From Candidatus Parcubacteria bacterium (lineage in GTDB: Bacteria; Patescibacteriota; Minisyncoccia; Phycocordibacterales; UBA918): a stretch of 64,000 bases of DNA. The stretch spans positions 108,676 through 172,675 of the forward strand of contig JAKFXN010000003.1 of the NCBI GenBank assembly GCA_021731405.1, given 5' to 3'. Below, one piece after another: positions 1 through 8,562 of the stretch. Both the position numbers and the translations under genes were made by a program. The notes beneath the pieces are model-generated. The model ran no database searches, had not been told where the DNA came from, and was given only the letters and a program-made list of their open reading frames with translations. Position 1 is the stretch's first letter. The number at the start of each line of letters is the position of its first letter.

Positions 1-155
1 TCTCTTTTGCTGAAAAGACTGGCGTGATAGATGCTAAGATAGCAAAACGGCTTACCAAGTCACTCCAAGAGAAGCTGGATGAGCACCGTGCATATATCGT
101 CGAAAACGGCGACGATCCTATAGATATTACCAACTGGGTATGGCATTCACGCTAA
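1..155 (+). CDS. xfp: 3' end of the phosphoketolase (Xfp) gene; partial, C-terminal 50 aa
   Basis: Frame beginning at nt 3 translates ...FAEKTGVIDAKIAKRLTKSLQEKLDEHRAYIVENGDDPIDITNWVWHSR*, which matches the conserved C-terminus of phosphoketolases. It is followed directly by acetate kinase, the classic xfp–ackA arrangement. Confidence 0.55.
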   Translation, partial: SFAEKTGVIDAKIAKRLTKSLQEKLDEHRAYIVENGDDPIDITNWVWHSR

Positions 156-1309
156 TCATTAATCCTGGCAGTTCCTCAAAAAAGTTTGCTCTGTTTTCCG
201 AGCGAACGTTATTACTTGAAGCGTACGTAGAACGATTGGCTGAAGGATACGAAATGTGTACCACGATTGGGAACGAGCAACAGAAGTGCGACTTACTGAA
301 TCGAGATGAATACGACGGTAGTGTGAGACAGTTTCTCGACACAGCCATTAGTCGCGGCCTGCTCACTGCGTACAGCGACGTCGCTAAAGTAGCCTTGCGA
401 GTAGTTGCTCCTGGCACGTATTTTCAACAGCATCGTCTCATTGATGGGGAATATGTAAGTAAGCTATCAGCTCTCTCTAAGGTTGTGCCACTCCACATCC
501 CACACCTAGAGCAAGAGATAGTAGCGACAGAAAAGATATTACCTCAGGCTAAGTTGATTGGTATCTCCGACAGTGCTTTTCATGCCAGTCTACCAGATGT
601 AACAAGGCGGTATTCAATTCCAGAATATGACGCTGCTCAATTTGATATTTATCACTTCGGATACCACGGGTTATCAGTGGCGTCAGTGTTAGGACGTGCT
701 GCCGTGGTAGCTGATACACCGCTCCATAAAATCATTGTTTGTCATATTGGTAGCGGTGTGAGCGTTACTGCCGTTAAAGATGGCAAGAGTATAGATACAA
801 CTATGGGTTATGCTCCAGGAAGTGGACTGCTTATGGGGACACGAGCGGGAGATTTACCTACCGGAGCACTTTTGTCCCTCATGCAACAAAAGAATCTTAA
901 GCCAGTTGATGCGCTGGTGTATCTACAGACTCAGAGTGGACTCAAGGGCTTGACGGGAGAGTCTGATCTTCGAATCTTGCTCGACCGTCGTTCTCAAGGT
1001 GATCAAAAAGCCACTACCGCTATTGATGTATTTATATATCATCTTCAAAAGGCTATTGGCGGCTACTTGGCTATCCTTGGCGGGGCTGATGCGATTATTC
1101 TCACCGCTACTGCGAGTCAGCGTAGTCCACAATTACGACAGCTTTTACTTGAGCCGCTCGCGCATCTTGGAATAATTTTAGATATAGAAAAAAACGACGC
1201 AATAATTAATCGAGACGCGATCATTAGTGCTGCTGACTCAGCAGTGAAAGTTTTGGTAGTAAAAACGGCTGAAGCAGAAGAAGTTCTTAAAAACAGTGAG
1301 TTATTTTAG
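140..1309 (+). CDS. ackA: acetate/propionate kinase
   Basis: N-terminal LIINPGSSSKKFALF (ASKHA acetate kinase motif). Also HIGSGVSVTAVKDGKSIDTTMGYAPGSGLLMGTRAGDLP. 389 aa. Confidence 0.85.
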   Translation: MAFTLIINPGSSSKKFALFSERTLLLEAYVERLAEGYEMCTTIGNEQQKCDLLNRDEYDGSVRQFLDTAISRGLLTAYSDVAKVALRVVAPGTYFQQHRLIDGEYVSKLSALSKVVPLHIPHLEQEIVATEKILPQAKLIGISDSAFHASLPDVTRRYSIPEYDAAQFDIYHFGYHGLSVASVLGRAAVVADTPLHKIIVCHIGSGVSVTAVKDGKSIDTTMGYAPGSGLLMGTRAGDLPTGALLSLMQQKNLKPVDALVYLQTQSGLKGLTGESDLRILLDRRSQGDQKATTAIDVFIYHLQKAIGGYLAILGGADAIILTATASQRSPQLRQLLLEPLAHLGIILDIEKNDAIINRDAIISAADSAVKVLVVKTAEAEEVLKNSELF

Positions 1310-1357
1310 TAAAGTTTTGTCGTCCTGTCTGTTATAGTTGTAGATAACACGTTCCTC

Positions 1358-2665
1358 TTGTTATTTATGTCTTGGTTTGAAGAAAACAAACAAACACTTA
1401 TCGCTTTAGTAGAAGGGATTATTGTCTTCCTTATTCTTTTTGGGCTCATTGTCGCTGCAGCCACTTTTTATGACTTTTCTCAGACCAACATCCCCGTACT
1501 TACGTTTATCTTAGCGCTTGTCTGTGCCGTCTTTTTGGCCAAAAGTGTCTACGATATCGAAATTGATAAGGTGCGAATCAAAAAGAAGGGTGAACAGCTC
1601 GCCAACAAACTTGTCGCTTCTTCGCAGCAACTCTTTCTTGAGGTGTACAACAACAGCCCGGTCGCCTATTTGATTGTGGGGGAGTATGGAGACATTGTTT
1701 CAGCCAATACGGCCGCAGCTCGGTTGTTTGGGGTGTCTACTGAACATTTGGTAAAGCGAGACTTGTTTAGCTTTATGGAGACAGCCAACGAGGAACATCA
1801 ATCTATCCTCAAACACAAGTTCACTGAGGGAATCACTGTCTCTGATGAAGAGGTGAAGATATCGCGCGAACAAGATTTTTCATGGACCACCTTTTCAATT
1901 TTTCAGTTCTCGTCTACTGATGGAAAAAAACTCACACTGGTGACGTTTGTGGATATTACAAAACAAAAAGAGATTGATATCGCCAAGTCAGAATTCGTTT
2001 CGCTGGCTTCACACCAACTCCGTACCCCTATCTCAGGTATGCGGTGGAGCGCTGAGCTTCTTCTAATGGACGGGGTAGAGTCGCTCACCAAACAACAAAA
2101 ACGCTATATCGACAGACTACTTTCCAGTATTCAGCGTATGAGTGGTCTGGTGGACGATTTCTTGCAAGTATCACGCTTTGAGCTTGGTACGCGCGTGGTA
2201 AAAGAAGAATCGGTGGTACTTCGAGATTTGTTTGATGATGTGGTTGCAGAACAAGTAGAAAAAATATCAGTGAAACATCTGCATATCAATAAAGAATATG
2301 ACGATTCAATCACTCAAATTTCTACTGATCAAGCACTGTTACGAATGATTGTCACCAATTTGTATGTAAATGCCGTAAAGTACTCACGAGTCGGAGGAGA
2401 CGTTACGTTGGCATATCGCAAAAATGGAGAAGAGCTGATTATCGAAGTGCGCGATACGGGAATGGGTATTCCACTTGGTGAACAACCTCGGGTATTTTCA
2501 AAAATATTCCGCGCTTCAAATGCTGTGCGTGAAGTTCCGGATGGTACTGGGCTTGGTCTTTATATTGTTCAGAAAGCAGTCCAGACTCTGCAGGGAAGGG
2601 TAACGTTCTTGTCTGCTGAAAATATGGGCACTACTTTTACCGTAGTGATACCAACTTCGTTGTAG
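1358..2665 (+). CDS. sensor histidine kinase (two TM segments, PAS-like domain, HisKA + HATPase_c)
   Basis: H-box ASHQLRTPISGMRWSAELL. N-box NLYVNAVKYS. G1 VRDTGMGIP. G2 GTGLGLYIVQ. Confidence 0.85.
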   Translation: MLFMSWFEENKQTLIALVEGIIVFLILFGLIVAAATFYDFSQTNIPVLTFILALVCAVFLAKSVYDIEIDKVRIKKKGEQLANKLVASSQQLFLEVYNNSPVAYLIVGEYGDIVSANTAAARLFGVSTEHLVKRDLFSFMETANEEHQSILKHKFTEGITVSDEEVKISREQDFSWTTFSIFQFSSTDGKKLTLVTFVDITKQKEIDIAKSEFVSLASHQLRTPISGMRWSAELLLMDGVESLTKQQKRYIDRLLSSIQRMSGLVDDFLQVSRFELGTRVVKEESVVLRDLFDDVVAEQVEKISVKHLHINKEYDDSITQISTDQALLRMIVTNLYVNAVKYSRVGGDVTLAYRKNGEELIIEVRDTGMGIPLGEQPRVFSKIFRASNAVREVPDGTGLGLYIVQKAVQTLQGRVTFLSAENMGTTFTVVIPTSL

Positions 2666-2667
2666 GG

Positions 2668-3042
2668 TTAACTTGCAAACTCTTGTTCAATTCGAGTCGC
2701 AATGTTTTCGATACCCCAGTGTGATTTGTGGAGGATATCTTCTTCTGGAATATCAATATCAGCTGGTACTGCTTCTGAGGTATCTGACGCTGTGAGAATA
2801 AGTACTCGAGCCGTCTTGCCCCAGCTGTCTGCGCGTAGTTTTCGGTAGACATCGTAGCCTTCAATATCTGGAAGTTTAAGATCAAGGAGAATGAGGTCTG
2901 GCCTTTCAGACAGAGCAAGAGAAAGACCTTCTTCACCGTTGGCACATTTGAGAGCTTGGTAGCCTTTAAAAATAAGCATGTCTTCTAGTGAATCAGCCAG
3001 TTCGGTAGAATCTTCAATAACAAGAATCTTTTTTTGTGTCAT
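2668..3042 (-). CDS. single-domain response regulator (CheY-like receiver)
   Basis: KILVIEDS...LILLDLKLPDIEGYDV...LILTAS receiver motifs. Convergent with the HK gene. Confidence 0.8.
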   Translation of the reverse strand: MTQKKILVIEDSTELADSLEDMLIFKGYQALKCANGEEGLSLALSERPDLILLDLKLPDIEGYDVYRKLRADSWGKTARVLILTASDTSEAVPADIDIPEEDILHKSHWGIENIATRIEQEFAS

Positions 3043-3086
3043 AGGTATCTATTGTAGCGTATTTAAGTAAGGGAATGTAGAGGGCT

Positions 3087-3851
3087 TTAGTCACGAGCGT
3101 CAAGCAAGATACTCAAGTCAGCCGTGTTTACTTTTCCGTCACCATTAAAGTCACCTTTCGGATTATTGGTTGGGAGAAGCAGTAGGAAAATACTCAAGTC
3201 AGCCGTGTTTACTTTTCCGTCGTTTGTAAGGTCTGGGTTCGGGAGAGTGTTGAGGACAACAACTTCCGCGGCTGATTTGGCTTCATGAACAATAATCTTT
3301 TCTGGCTCATTTGCACTGACGGTAAAAAGAGTATCGATGTAGTTTGTTAACACCGCTTCTGTTCCTTTCCCGTCATGCATGAGGATGAGGGTGTCGTTGA
3401 GTACAAGATTTCCGTTTCCAGGGTTTAGCGCAGTGAAGGTGACCGTAAGGAGTGTATCAGTACCAGTAAAGCCGCCTGGTCTTGTGGTGCCGCCAGCAAA
3501 GCTAATAGTACCAGCACCATTTTCGTACCACGGCGCTTCGGCCCAGAGGTCGGCCAAGGAAATGTTGTAGTCGATACTTTCTACCGCCAGCGCCCCTTCA
3601 TTAAAAGTAATTGTTCCCTTAAATGCATTTACAGGAATATCTGATGTCGTCTCAATTTTTACGGTAAAAGTTTCACCTGGAGCACTTACGTATGTGCCAG
3701 ACGTGAGCAGGATAGCAGTCTCTTCAGTTTCGGTTGGAAGGAGGTACATACCCGTGATAGCGAGAATACTCAAAATCACACTTGCGGCAATAGTAGGGGG
3801 GATGATGGTACCAGCGCTTTGTTGGATATTCATACTATATAAGTATGACAT
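3087..3851 (-). CDS. secreted/membrane-anchored protein with two C-terminal dockerin-type Ca-binding repeats
   Basis: N-terminal TM/signal segment. C-terminal DLTNDGKVNTADLSIFL and DFNGDGKVNTADLSILL (dockerin type I repeat pattern D-x-N/D-x-D-G-x-V-N-x-x-D). Confidence 0.55.
   Translation of the reverse strand: MSYLYSMNIQQSAGTIIPPTIAASVILSILAITGMYLLPTETEETAILLTSGTYVSAPGETFTVKIETTSDIPVNAFKGTITFNEGALAVESIDYNISLADLWAEAPWYENGAGTISFAGGTTRPGGFTGTDTLLTVTFTALNPGNGNLVLNDTLILMHDGKGTEAVLTNYIDTLFTVSANEPEKIIVHEAKSAAEVVVLNTLPNPDLTNDGKVNTADLSIFLLLLPTNNPKGDFNGDGKVNTADLSILLDARD
3107..3221. repeat. 33-bp perfect direct repeat, two copies 80 bp apart (ATACTCAAGTCAGCCGTGTTTACTTTTCCGTC)
   Basis: Seen at 3107–3140 and 3187–3221. 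It encodes the two dockerin repeat modules of the gene above. Confidence 0.8.
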
Positions 3852-3899
3852 ATTTTATAAAAAACCACCCCCGTTTGAGGGTGGTGGAAGGGATTTGCC

Positions 3900-4427
3900 T
3901 TAGGCCAGCGACGCTACGCCAGGGAAGCTTTCAGGCACCTTGTTTGAAGCAGGCTTCACAAAGAAACCTTCTTTTTGCGAGTACTTCACGCCAGAGACCG
4001 CGGGTCGGTCGCGCAGCAGTGCTTCGCGATCGACTTCCGTGATATAGCGCAGATACTGCGTGAGCTTCATGGCTTCCAGGTTCTTGATGACCTGTTCTGC
4101 GCCACCTTTGGCAAAAGTCACTTTGGTGGGCGGCAGACGCCAGCCAAATTCGCCACCCGTCAGCACAAGACTTTTCTTGTCACCGACAAGCAAGGTTTTG
4201 CGGTTGGCAGTTGCGTAGGTCTGGAGTGCTTTCATGCACCGCTTGTACTCCTCCTCTAGAGGCGCAGCGGCCAACTCAGCAGCACTTTTGGCTTCTGCCA
4301 CTTCTGCTTCGAGCGTGGTCTTGATGTTTGCGAGCTCGCGCTCACATTCGCCAATCTTGAAGAGAAGGGTATTCACTTCAGCAAGAGAGGCAGGGACAGG
4401 GAAGAAGGGGTTTTTACGTGCAGCCAT
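3900..4427 (-). CDS. gam: phage Mu Gam-like host-nuclease inhibitor (Ku-like) protein
   Basis: Coiled-coil N-terminus, then ...TYATANRKTLLVGDKKSLVLTGGEFGWRLPPTKVTFAKG...KNLEAMKLTQYLRYITEVDREALLRDRPAVSGVKY. This is colinear with Mu Gam (...GWCEANRDELTNGGKVKTANLVTGDVSWRVRPPSVSIRG...ETLERLGLQRFIRTKQEINKEAILLEPKAVAGV). Confidence 0.7.
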   Translation of the reverse strand: MAARKNPFFPVPASLAEVNTLLFKIGECERELANIKTTLEAEVAEAKSAAELAAAPLEEEYKRCMKALQTYATANRKTLLVGDKKSLVLTGGEFGWRLPPTKVTFAKGGAEQVIKNLEAMKLTQYLRYITEVDREALLRDRPAVSGVKYSQKEGFFVKPASNKVPESFPGVASLA

Positions 4428-4538
4428 GATGGCCTCCTTTTGTGGTGGATGAAAAGAACAAAACTATCTACCAGAGAGTTTGTCATAGGTACGAATATTT
4501 GTTATAGTGTCGTCGAATACCGACAACTAATTAAAAGT

Positions 4539-5300
4539 ATGGACACTATTATACAAATGCTTACTGTGCTCGGCCTGCCTTCGCGTTCAAGTGCGGTCTA
4601 TGTTGATCTACTGGCGCACGGCCCCTCTGCTGCGCGTACGATTGCGCTGCGTCTCGGTATCCCACGTTCGTCACTCTACGACCACGTGAAGCCGCTCCTT
4701 GATCTCGCCCTTGTGTCTGAGCTCAAGACAGGTACCAAAGCAGTTTTTGTTGTGGAGGAAATTAGTAACCTCGATCGGTTAGTCGCTAAGCAAGAGCAGT
4801 CGCTCGCCCTGCTTCGCACCGAGTTCACTAAAGCCAAAGCTACTCTGGCTGAAGCGCAGACGTCTCATGCTGAGCCTCGGATAAAATTTGTCGAAGGCAA
4901 AGCGGGTATAGCCGCACTTCTCTTGGAGATGCTCTGGGATACCAAAAGTGAAATCAAAACGGTCTGGCCATACGAGGCGATGCTTAAAGTTTTGTCACCT
5001 GAAGATCTTGAACTTTTCAATCGTAAACGTATTCGCCAAAACATTGCACTCAAGACCATCTGGACTGGACCTCGGCCAGGAAAGCAGCATCTCTGGCGCG
5101 GCGGCGACTTTAAGGTAGAGCGCAAAAGTGCGCCAGCAAAATATCATGCTGATATGGCCTACAACATCTATGGAGACAGAGTGTCTTTCTTTAGTTCAGT
5201 TGGTGAACAGTATGGCTTTGTGGTCCATAGTCGAGACTTCGCAGCTCTCATGTCGGCACAGTTCGCGGCCTTGTGGGAAGTGTCTAAGGAGGGTAAGTAG
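4539..5300 (+). CDS. TrmB-family HTH transcriptional regulator (start chosen at MDTIIQML)
   Basis: N-terminal winged HTH: LTVLGLPSRSSAVYVDLLAHGPSAARTIALRLGIPRSSLYDHVKPLLDLALV. Confidence 0.5.
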   Translation: MDTIIQMLTVLGLPSRSSAVYVDLLAHGPSAARTIALRLGIPRSSLYDHVKPLLDLALVSELKTGTKAVFVVEEISNLDRLVAKQEQSLALLRTEFTKAKATLAEAQTSHAEPRIKFVEGKAGIAALLLEMLWDTKSEIKTVWPYEAMLKVLSPEDLELFNRKRIRQNIALKTIWTGPRPGKQHLWRGGDFKVERKSAPAKYHADMAYNIYGDRVSFFSSVGEQYGFVVHSRDFAALMSAQFAALWEVSKEGK

Positions 5301-5378
5301 AATCAAACATTCGCGCGAGTCTCGCCAAACTAAAAACTGTGTGGTAGATTCCAAGTAGATTTTTACAGGAGAAATCTC

Positions 5379-5741
5379 ATGTCAAACAGTGTTCTTGCTG
5401 ACTTGGTCCCCGCCACCAATCTTGATGTGTCACGCTTGCCGTGGCTACTTGAGTCGAGCCCTGAGAAAGTCATTGTCCGCAACTTGTGGTTCGTCACCGT
5501 ATCTTTGTTGTCTGACTTTGCCAAACCACCATTCGAGGTGGTTGAAGAAGAGGGCTACTTTGTGCTCCATGGTTTTGATGCCAAAAGCTCTTTGCCAGCC
5601 AGCCTGCGTGTTGTGGAGGACGATACGTTCCAGAACATCCTGCAGTATCGCAATGAGCGCTACCAAATGTGGGGCAGTAGCCCGCCCGGCAACATCCTCT
5701 TCTTGCCTGCCCTTCTTGGTCCAGATCTCAAGCTCATATAA
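5379..5741 (+). CDS. hypothetical protein, 120 aa
   Basis: AGGAG RBS 7 nt upstream. Hairpin terminator follows. No recognisable domain. Confidence 0.4.
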   Translation: MSNSVLADLVPATNLDVSRLPWLLESSPEKVIVRNLWFVTVSLLSDFAKPPFEVVEEEGYFVLHGFDAKSSLPASLRVVEDDTFQNILQYRNERYQMWGSSPPGNILFLPALLGPDLKLI

Positions 5742-5747
5742 GAGCAT

Positions 5748-5780
5748 CCTCAAAAGCAACCCTAACAAGGTTGCTTTTTT
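5748..5780 (+). terminator. rho-independent terminator
   Basis: AAAAGCAACCCTAACAAGGTTGCTTTTTTCAAT hairpin followed by a T-run. Confidence 0.6.
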
Positions 5781-5837
5781 CAATAAAAGTAGTCTAATAG
5801 GCAACAGTTCCGTTCCCTCATTTATAGGAGATATGCC

Positions 5838-6539
5838 ATGCGTACCTTTCTGTCTGTTCTTTTCATTTCACTGCTTCTGGGTTGCGCCAGCAAGCCTGCC
5901 AAGCCAAGTCTGGGAATCATCTTGTTTCCCAAAGAAGTCCTCGTGCCAGCGGTCGGTTCCACAACCGTGAAGCAGTTGACTCGTGACGGCAAAACCCGTC
6001 CACCAGAAGTCATGTTCGTCCGCGAGCATTTGGACGGACGTCCCATCTTTTCGGGTAAGGTCTGGAACCACGAAGGCTCCATGGCCGAGACCGCTTCTGG
6101 TGCTGTAGTTTGGACAAGCGATTGCCCAACTCCGCCTGAACTTTTGGAACCTCCGGTGGTTCCCAACAAGTGTGACTGGACGGTCTGCTATCCCCCGAAA
6201 GACGGAACGACCTATCTGCAGACGGTTCGTTTTTACGTTCCACTTCTGGCTTGTGGTGGGCGCGACGGCACACTCTCGGTTACCACAATCGGCACGGTCG
6301 AGATTCCGGTATATGGCAGGGTCGTACACACCGAAGCCAAGCTTTTGGTGCAAGGTTTGCCTGGGGTGACGTGGCAAAGCTACATCAAGCCCGGCTTTGG
6401 CGAGGTGCACGGTAAGTCAGTCAACTGGATGACGGTGTATGAAAATACCCCCAAGCGCCGCAGTGTGGTCTTCAAGAAAAAGCTAGGTGAAACCGGTGGC
6501 TTCGCCATCGCCAAGAGCGAAGAAGTCCCGCAGGATTAA
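5838..6539 (+). CDS. lipoprotein, 233 aa
   Basis: Signal peptide with lipobox LLLGC|AS. AGGAG RBS. Confidence 0.55.
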   Translation: MRTFLSVLFISLLLGCASKPAKPSLGIILFPKEVLVPAVGSTTVKQLTRDGKTRPPEVMFVREHLDGRPIFSGKVWNHEGSMAETASGAVVWTSDCPTPPELLEPPVVPNKCDWTVCYPPKDGTTYLQTVRFYVPLLACGGRDGTLSVTTIGTVEIPVYGRVVHTEAKLLVQGLPGVTWQSYIKPGFGEVHGKSVNWMTVYENTPKRRSVVFKKKLGETGGFAIAKSEEVPQD

Positions 6540-6552
6540 AATGCGGGAAACA

Positions 6553-6585
6553 AAAGAGCGACTCCAAGAGTCGCTCTTTTTCATA
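6553..6585. terminator. bidirectional hairpin terminator
   Basis: AAAAGAGCGACTCCAAGAGTCGCTCTTTTTCAT between convergent genes. Confidence 0.6.
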
Positions 6586-6589
6586 TTTA

Positions 6590-6901
6590 TTAATCAAAGC
6601 TGCGGTGGACGTCTTCAAAGTTCGTGATCCGTCCTTTTTCGTTTACAAGTATTCCTTCTTTTTTATACAGGGTTCGACGCTTCTTTTCGTGTTCATGCGC
6701 GAGCCATACGCGCCCACCAGCGTACACAATCCGGTGCCACGGTATTGCTCGCTGGTTAGGAGCTTTACTCAAGATACTCGAGATGCTCCGCGAAGCCATC
6801 GCTCCACCACCAGCTGCGCGAGCCAAGTCCCCGTAGGTGACTACGGTCCCTTCCGGGATAGACAGCGCGAGCTCGTACACGATTTGCGAGAAAGGGGACA
6901 T
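6590..6901 (-). CDS. alkyltransferase-like protein (ATL; MGMT DNA-binding domain without the active Cys)
   Basis: VTYGDLARAAGGGAMASRSISSILSKAPNQRAIPWHRIV. The canonical PCHRV is replaced by PWHRIV, as in ATL proteins. Start placed at MSPFSQ. Confidence 0.7.
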   Translation of the reverse strand: MSPFSQIVYELALSIPEGTVVTYGDLARAAGGGAMASRSISSILSKAPNQRAIPWHRIVYAGGRVWLAHEHEKKRRTLYKKEGILVNEKGRITNFEDVHRSFD

Positions 6902-6993
6902 AAGGGAAGTATAGCAAAACAAAAACTCTCGCGAGAGAGTTTTTGTAACGTGAAGCAAGTAGGTTGTATATAGAGTCTGTAAACTCTTGCAAA

Positions 6994-7269
6994 TTACTGC
7001 ATCGACACCTTGAGTGACAAATCAAGAGCTTTGGCAATGCGGCTAAGTGTTTGCAGTGAAGGGTTGCTGTCACCTTGTTCAAGGCGAGAAATAACGGGCT
7101 GACGACTACCAATTGCTTCAGCTAGTTCAGTTTGTGACCAGCCACGCTTAATACGCTCTCTTATAATAGTTTTTACTACCTCATATTCTGCTCCAAGTGC
7201 TTCATACTCAGTTTTTACAACTGGGTGCTTGAGGGCCTTGGTTTTAAATTGTTTAAATGCAGTACTCAT
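6994..7269 (-). CDS. higA: XRE-family HTH antitoxin (HigA-like)
   Basis: GWSQTELAEAIGSRQPVISRLEQGDSNPSLQTLSRIAKALDLSLKV, a Cro/C1-type HTH. Directly downstream of the Gp49-like toxin. Confidence 0.7.
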   Translation of the reverse strand: MSTAFKQFKTKALKHPVVKTEYEALGAEYEVVKTIIRERIKRGWSQTELAEAIGSRQPVISRLEQGDSNPSLQTLSRIAKALDLSLKVSMQ

Positions 7270-7295
7270 AAAACAAATATAACTTATAAGTTATA

Positions 7296-7601
7296 TTACC
7301 GCAAGTCTTCTTTTGCAGTACGTGCTCTTGTTAATTCCTTTTCGAGCGTTTTTTGAGTTTTCTTAATACAAACGTGCAACAAAACGGCCTGTTTCTTATG
7401 GAAGCAGTAAAATATTCTAATCTCTCTAGTTCCATGGATGCGTAGTTCAATTAGCCCATCAGACAGGTGTTTACTGTGCGGCATCCCTAATTCGTTACCA
7501 AATTCTTCAAGTAATTCAATAGTACGAATTGCCTTAGCAATTTCTTTTTCATTGAGCGATTCAAGAAATGTTTCAACTGAATCAAGGAGAATAATTTGCA
7601 T
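7296..7601 (-). CDS. higB: HigB/Gp49-like (RelE/ParE superfamily) toxin
   Basis: ELRIHGTREIRIFYCFHKKQAVLLHVCIKKTQKT fits the phage Gp49-like/HigB pattern. Toxin-first order with the XRE partner. Confidence 0.65.
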   Translation of the reverse strand: MQIILLDSVETFLESLNEKEIAKAIRTIELLEEFGNELGMPHSKHLSDGLIELRIHGTREIRIFYCFHKKQAVLLHVCIKKTQKTLEKELTRARTAKEDLR

Positions 7602-7640
7602 GTAATAAGTATAGCAAACAGGGTAACAAACCTATTCGAG

Positions 7641-8153
7641 CTATAATTTCAGAAATTCTTCTATGAATGCTTTTTCGCGCTCGAGTATAAAGTGACCTTC
7701 AAATTTACCCGGAGTATCGTTCTTCATTTTTTCAAGAACTTCTATTGGTTGCATCCATAAAGTCTCGTGACCCTCTTCGATTTCTCCAGCTTCTAGTTGT
7801 CGTTTTCCAATATCACCTATTGCTTTTGCTACAAAACCATAAGAAATCTGAATCAGCTTGTACTTGTTTCGGTATTCGATGGTAACTCCAAGGGGTCTTA
7901 CAATCTCACATTTACAACCGACCTCTTCAAGGACTTCTCGTTTTAGAGCATCTTCTATATTTTCTCCTTGATTAACACCTCCGCCAGGTAGTTTGTGATA
8001 ACTATAGGTTTTGAGATATTGGGTGGACATTTCGCCCTTCTCATTTAGAAGTATTGCGCGGGCAGATTTTCTTAGTTCATATGATTCGCCAAGTTGTTCG
8101 CCCTCATCAGTCAGCCCCATGCTCTTTTCGCTGATTTCTTTGAGTATTTTCAT
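7641..8153 (-). CDS. NUDIX hydrolase
   Basis: Nudix box GGGVNQGENIEDALKREVLEEVG. Confidence 0.75.
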   Translation of the reverse strand: MKILKEISEKSMGLTDEGEQLGESYELRKSARAILLNEKGEMSTQYLKTYSYHKLPGGGVNQGENIEDALKREVLEEVGCKCEIVRPLGVTIEYRNKYKLIQISYGFVAKAIGDIGKRQLEAGEIEEGHETLWMQPIEVLEKMKNDTPGKFEGHFILEREKAFIEEFLKL

Positions 8154-8218
8154 ATGTGGAATTATATCAAAACATGCCTCAATTGAGTGAGGAAGGGTAA
8201 GGTGATACTCTTAAAGAT

Positions 8219-8560
8219 ATGAATCAAGACCTGCAAACACTCCAGGAGCGAATAAAGCAATTTTGTGCAGATCGAGACTGGTCGCAATTTCATGACCCTA
8301 AAAATCTAGCCATTTCGCTGCAACTCGAAGCTTCGGAGGTATTGGAGTTATTTCAGTGGACTAAAGATAACCAGGTCGTCAAAGGTAAAGAAGGGGAGGT
8401 GGCAGATGAACTCGCGGATGTGATGTACTGGCTACTTATGCTCGCAAATCACTACGATATAGATTTGGTTGAGGCGCTTAGTCAGAAGATGGATAAAAAC
8501 GAACAAAAGTATCCTGTTGAAAAGGCTAAGGGCACATCAGCGAAATATACAGATCTATAG
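8219..8560 (+). CDS. MazG-like nucleoside-triphosphate pyrophosphohydrolase (small, all-alpha)
   Basis: EASEVLELFQW...EVADELADVMYWLLMLANHYDIDL is the MazG/YpjD-type EExxE...DxxDV motif pattern. 2-bp gap to the next gene. Confidence 0.7.
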   Translation: MNQDLQTLQERIKQFCADRDWSQFHDPKNLAISLQLEASEVLELFQWTKDNQVVKGKEGEVADELADVMYWLLMLANHYDIDLVEALSQKMDKNEQKYPVEKAKGTSAKYTDL

Positions 8561-8562
8561 AT

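Noticed and set aside
5389-5970. 193-aa ORF overlapping the 120-aa ORF and the lipoprotein start
   Set aside because: Out of frame with two better-supported genes (each with an RBS and a terminator), and it spans a terminator.
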